This document shows positions 56,903 through 64,000 of a stretch of DNA of 64,000 nucleotides, in pieces (within the stretch, counting starts at the first letter, position 1; every line of letters begins with the position of its first letter). Below the pieces are notes generated by a model. That model ran no database searches and was not told where the DNA came from. It was given only the letters and a program-made list of their open reading frames with translations. The position numbers and the translations under genes were made by a program. The DNA is from Eledone cirrhosa (Eukaryota), in the NCBI GenBank assembly GCA_964016885.1, contig OZ024741.1, positions 296,422,001 to 296,486,000 on the forward strand, in the 5' to 3' direction.

Positions 56903-57689
56903 AGAAATTGGAATAAATGCTCTGAAATAGCGATATATATGTGAATATAGACATAGAATATTCGAAAATATTCTGTATGTTTATAATAAACATTTTGAAG
57001 ACCTAATCGCTATAGAATAGAATACGTCACGTATTACAATTAGATTCTCGATAAAAGCAAGGGAAGTAATCTACGCGTTTCATTCTTGTTAGAAATCATC
57101 AGGACTACATATCCAGTGCTTTTATCGAGAATGACACAGCTAGAGACTTATAGAATACTTAGCTGTGTACAGGAACTGGTTTGAAAGAGCGGTTGCCGGT
57201 CCGGCAGAAATTAGAAATTGGAATAAATGCTCTGAAATAGCGATATATATGTGAATATAGACATAGAATATTCGAAAATATTCTGTATGTTTATAATAAA
57301 CATTTTGAAGACCTAATCGCTATAGAATAGAATACGTCACGTATTACAATTAGATTCTCGATAAAAGCAAGGGAAGTAATCTACGCGTTTCATTCTTGTT
57401 AGAAATCATCAGGACTACATATCCAGTGCTTTTATCGAGAATGACACAGCTAGAGACTTATAGAATACTTAGCTGTGTACAGGAACTGGTTTGAAAGAGC
57501 GGTTGCCGGTCCGGCAGAAATTAGAAATTGGAATAAATGCTCTGAAATAGCGATATATATGTGAATATAGACATAGAATATTCGAAAATATTCTGTATGT
57601 TTATAATAAACATTTTGAAGACCTAATCGCTATAGAATAGAATACGTCACGTATTACAATTAGATTCTCGATAAAAGCAAGGGAAGTAA
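56903..57689 (-). mobile_element. Hammerhead array 2, inverted arm: ~2.5 x 310 bp, ribozymes at 57066-57108 and 57376-57418
   Basis: Exact reverse complement of the 310-bp unit. Confidence 0.92.
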
Positions 57690-60347
57690 AAAGCACTGGA
57701 TATGTAGTCCTGATGATTTCTAACAAGAATGAAACGCGTAGATTACTTCCCTTGCTTTTATCGAGAATCTAATTGTAATACGTGACGTATTCTATTCTAT
57801 AGCGATTAGGTCTTCAAAATGTTTATTATAAACATACAGAATATTTTCGAATATTCTATGTCTATATTCACATATATATCGCTATTTCAGAGCATTTATT
57901 CCAATTTCTAATTTCTGCCGGACCGGCAACCGCTCTTTCAAACCAGTTCCTGTACACAGCTAAGTATTCTATAAGTCTCTAGCTGTGTCATTCTCGATAA
58001 AAGCACTGGATATGTAGTCCTGATGATTTCTAACAAGAATGAAACGCGTAGATTACTTCCCTTGCTTTTATCGAGAATCTAATTGTAATACGTGACGTAT
58101 TCTATTCTATAGCGATTAGGTCTTCAAAATGTTTATTATAAACATACAGAATATTTTCGAATATTCTATGTCTATATTCACATATATATCGCTATTTCAG
58201 AGCATTTATTCCAATTTCTAATTTCTGCCGGACCGGCAACCGCTCTTTCAAACCAGTTCCTGTACACAGCTAAGTATTCTATAAGTCTCTAGCTGTGTCA
58301 TTCTCGATAAAAGCACTGGATATGTAGTCCTGATGATTTCTAACAAGAATGAAACGCGTAGATTACTTCCCTTGCTTTTATCGAGAATCTAATTGTAATA
58401 CGTGACGTATTCTATTCTATAGCGATTAGGTCTTCAAAATGTTTATTATAAACATACAGAATATTTTCGAATATTCTATGTCTATATTCACATATATATC
58501 GCTATTTCAGAGCATTTATTCCAATTTCTAATTTCTGCCGGACCGGCAACCGCTCTTTCAAACCAGTTCCTGTACACAGCTAAGTATTCTATAAGTCTCT
58601 AGCTGTGTCATTCTCGATAAAAGCACTGGATATGTAGTCCTGATGATTTCTAACAAGAATGAAACGCGTAGATTACTTCCCTTGCTTTTATCGAGAATCT
58701 AATTGTAATACGTGACGTATTCTATTCTATAGCGATTAGGTCTTCAAAATGTTTATTATAAACATACAGAATATTTTCGAATATTCTATGTCTATATTCA
58801 CATATATATCGCTATTTCAGAGCATTTATTCCAATTTCTAATTTCTGCCGGACCGGCAACCGCTCTTTCAAACCAGTTCCTGTACACAGCTAAGTATTCT
58901 ATAAGTCTCTAGCTGTGTCATTCTCGATAAAAGCACTGGATATGTAGTCCTGATGATTTCTAACAAGAATGAAACGCGTAGATTACTTCCCTTGCTTTTA
59001 TCGAGAATCTAATTGTAATACGTGACGTATTCTATTCTATAGCGATTAGGTCTTCAAAATGTTTATTATAAACATACAGAATATTTTCGAATATTCTATG
59101 TCTATATTCACATATATATCGCTATTTCAGAGCATTTATTCCAATTTCTAATTTCTGCCGGACCGGCAACCGCTCTTTCAAACCAGTTCCTGTACACAGC
59201 TAAGTATTCTATAAGTCTCTAGCTGTGTCATTCTCGATAAAAGCACTGGATATGTAGTCCTGATGATTTCTAACAAGAATGAAACGCGTAGATTACTTCC
59301 CTTGCTTTTATCGAGAATCTAATTGTAATACGTGACGTATTCTATTCTATAGCGATTAGGTCTTCAAAATGTTTATTATAAACATACAGAATATTTTCGA
59401 ATATTCTATGTCTATATTCACATATATATCGCTATTTCAGAGCATTTATTCCAATTTCTAATTTCTGCCGGACCGGCAACCGCTCTTTCAAACCAGTTCC
59501 TGTACACAGCTAAGTATTCTATAAGTCTCTAGCTGTGTCATTCTCGATAAAAGCACTGGATATGTAGTCCTGATGATTTCTAACAAGAATGAAACGCGTA
59601 GATTACTTCCCTTGCTTTTATCGAGAATCTAATTGTAATACGTGACGTATTCTATTCTATAGCGATTAGGTCTTCAAAATGTTTATTATAAACATACAGA
59701 ATATTTTCGAATATTCTATGTCTATATTCACATATATATCGCTATTTCAGAGCATTTATTCCAATTTCTAATTTCTGCCGGACCGGCAACCGCTCTTTCA
59801 AACCAGTTCCTGTACACAGCTAAGTATTCTATAAGTCTCTAGCTGTGTCATTCTCGATAAAAGCACTGGATATGTAGTCCTGATGATTTCTAACAAGAAT
59901 GAAACGCGTAGATTACTTCCCTTGCTTTTATCGAGAATCTAATTGTAATACGTGACGTATTCTATTCTATAGCGATTAGGTCTTCAAAATGTTTATTATA
60001 AACATACAGAATATTTTCGAATATTCTATGTCTATATTCACATATATATCGCTATTTCAGAGCATTTATTCCAATTTCTAATTTCTGCCGGACCGGCAAC
60101 CGCTCTTTCAAACCAGTTCCTGTACACAGCTAAGTATTCTATAAGTCTCTAGCTGTGTCATTCTCGATAAAAGCACTGGATATGTAGTCCTGATGATTTC
60201 TAACAAGAATGAAACGCGTAGATTACTTCCCTTGCTTTTATCGAGAATCTAATTGTAATACGTGACGTATTCTATTCTATAGCGATTAGGTCTTCAAAAT
60301 GTTTATTATAAACATACAGAATATTTTCGAATATTCTATGTCTATAT
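57689..60347 (+). mobile_element. Hammerhead array 2, forward arm: ~8.6 x 310 bp, 9 ribozymes (57704+310k, last at 60184)
   Basis: Same unit as array 1; no differences seen by eye. Confidence 0.92.

Positions 60348-64000
<3,653 letters not shown>

Overview
AT-rich, microsatellite-dense animal DNA with no confidently identifiable host protein-coding gene. The SINE and LINE families suggest a mollusc, probably Octopus (inference). Most of the window is mobile elements: two Penelope-like elements (PLEs), a near full-length RTE LINE with a PHD-type finger plus several RTE fragments, Tx1/L1 and CRE-like fragments, hAT, Tc1/pogo-like and piggyBac-like DNA elements, and tRNA-derived SINEs. The main finding is two near-identical tandem arrays of a non-coding 310-bp unit (48409-51367 and 56903-60347). 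Every unit carries a type I hammerhead ribozyme (GTAGTC-CTGATGA-stem II-GAAA-CGCG-TA/GATTAC, palindromic dimer-type stem III), 20 complete copies in total, set in a highly structured monomer. This looks like a retrozyme / circular-RNA retroelement family. The arrays share a head-to-head fold-back layout and (TA)n flanks with the hammerhead-bearing PLE at the start of the window. Their inversion junctions lie 2-4 nt from the predicted cleavage site. All structures were paired by eye; no folding or database search was run.
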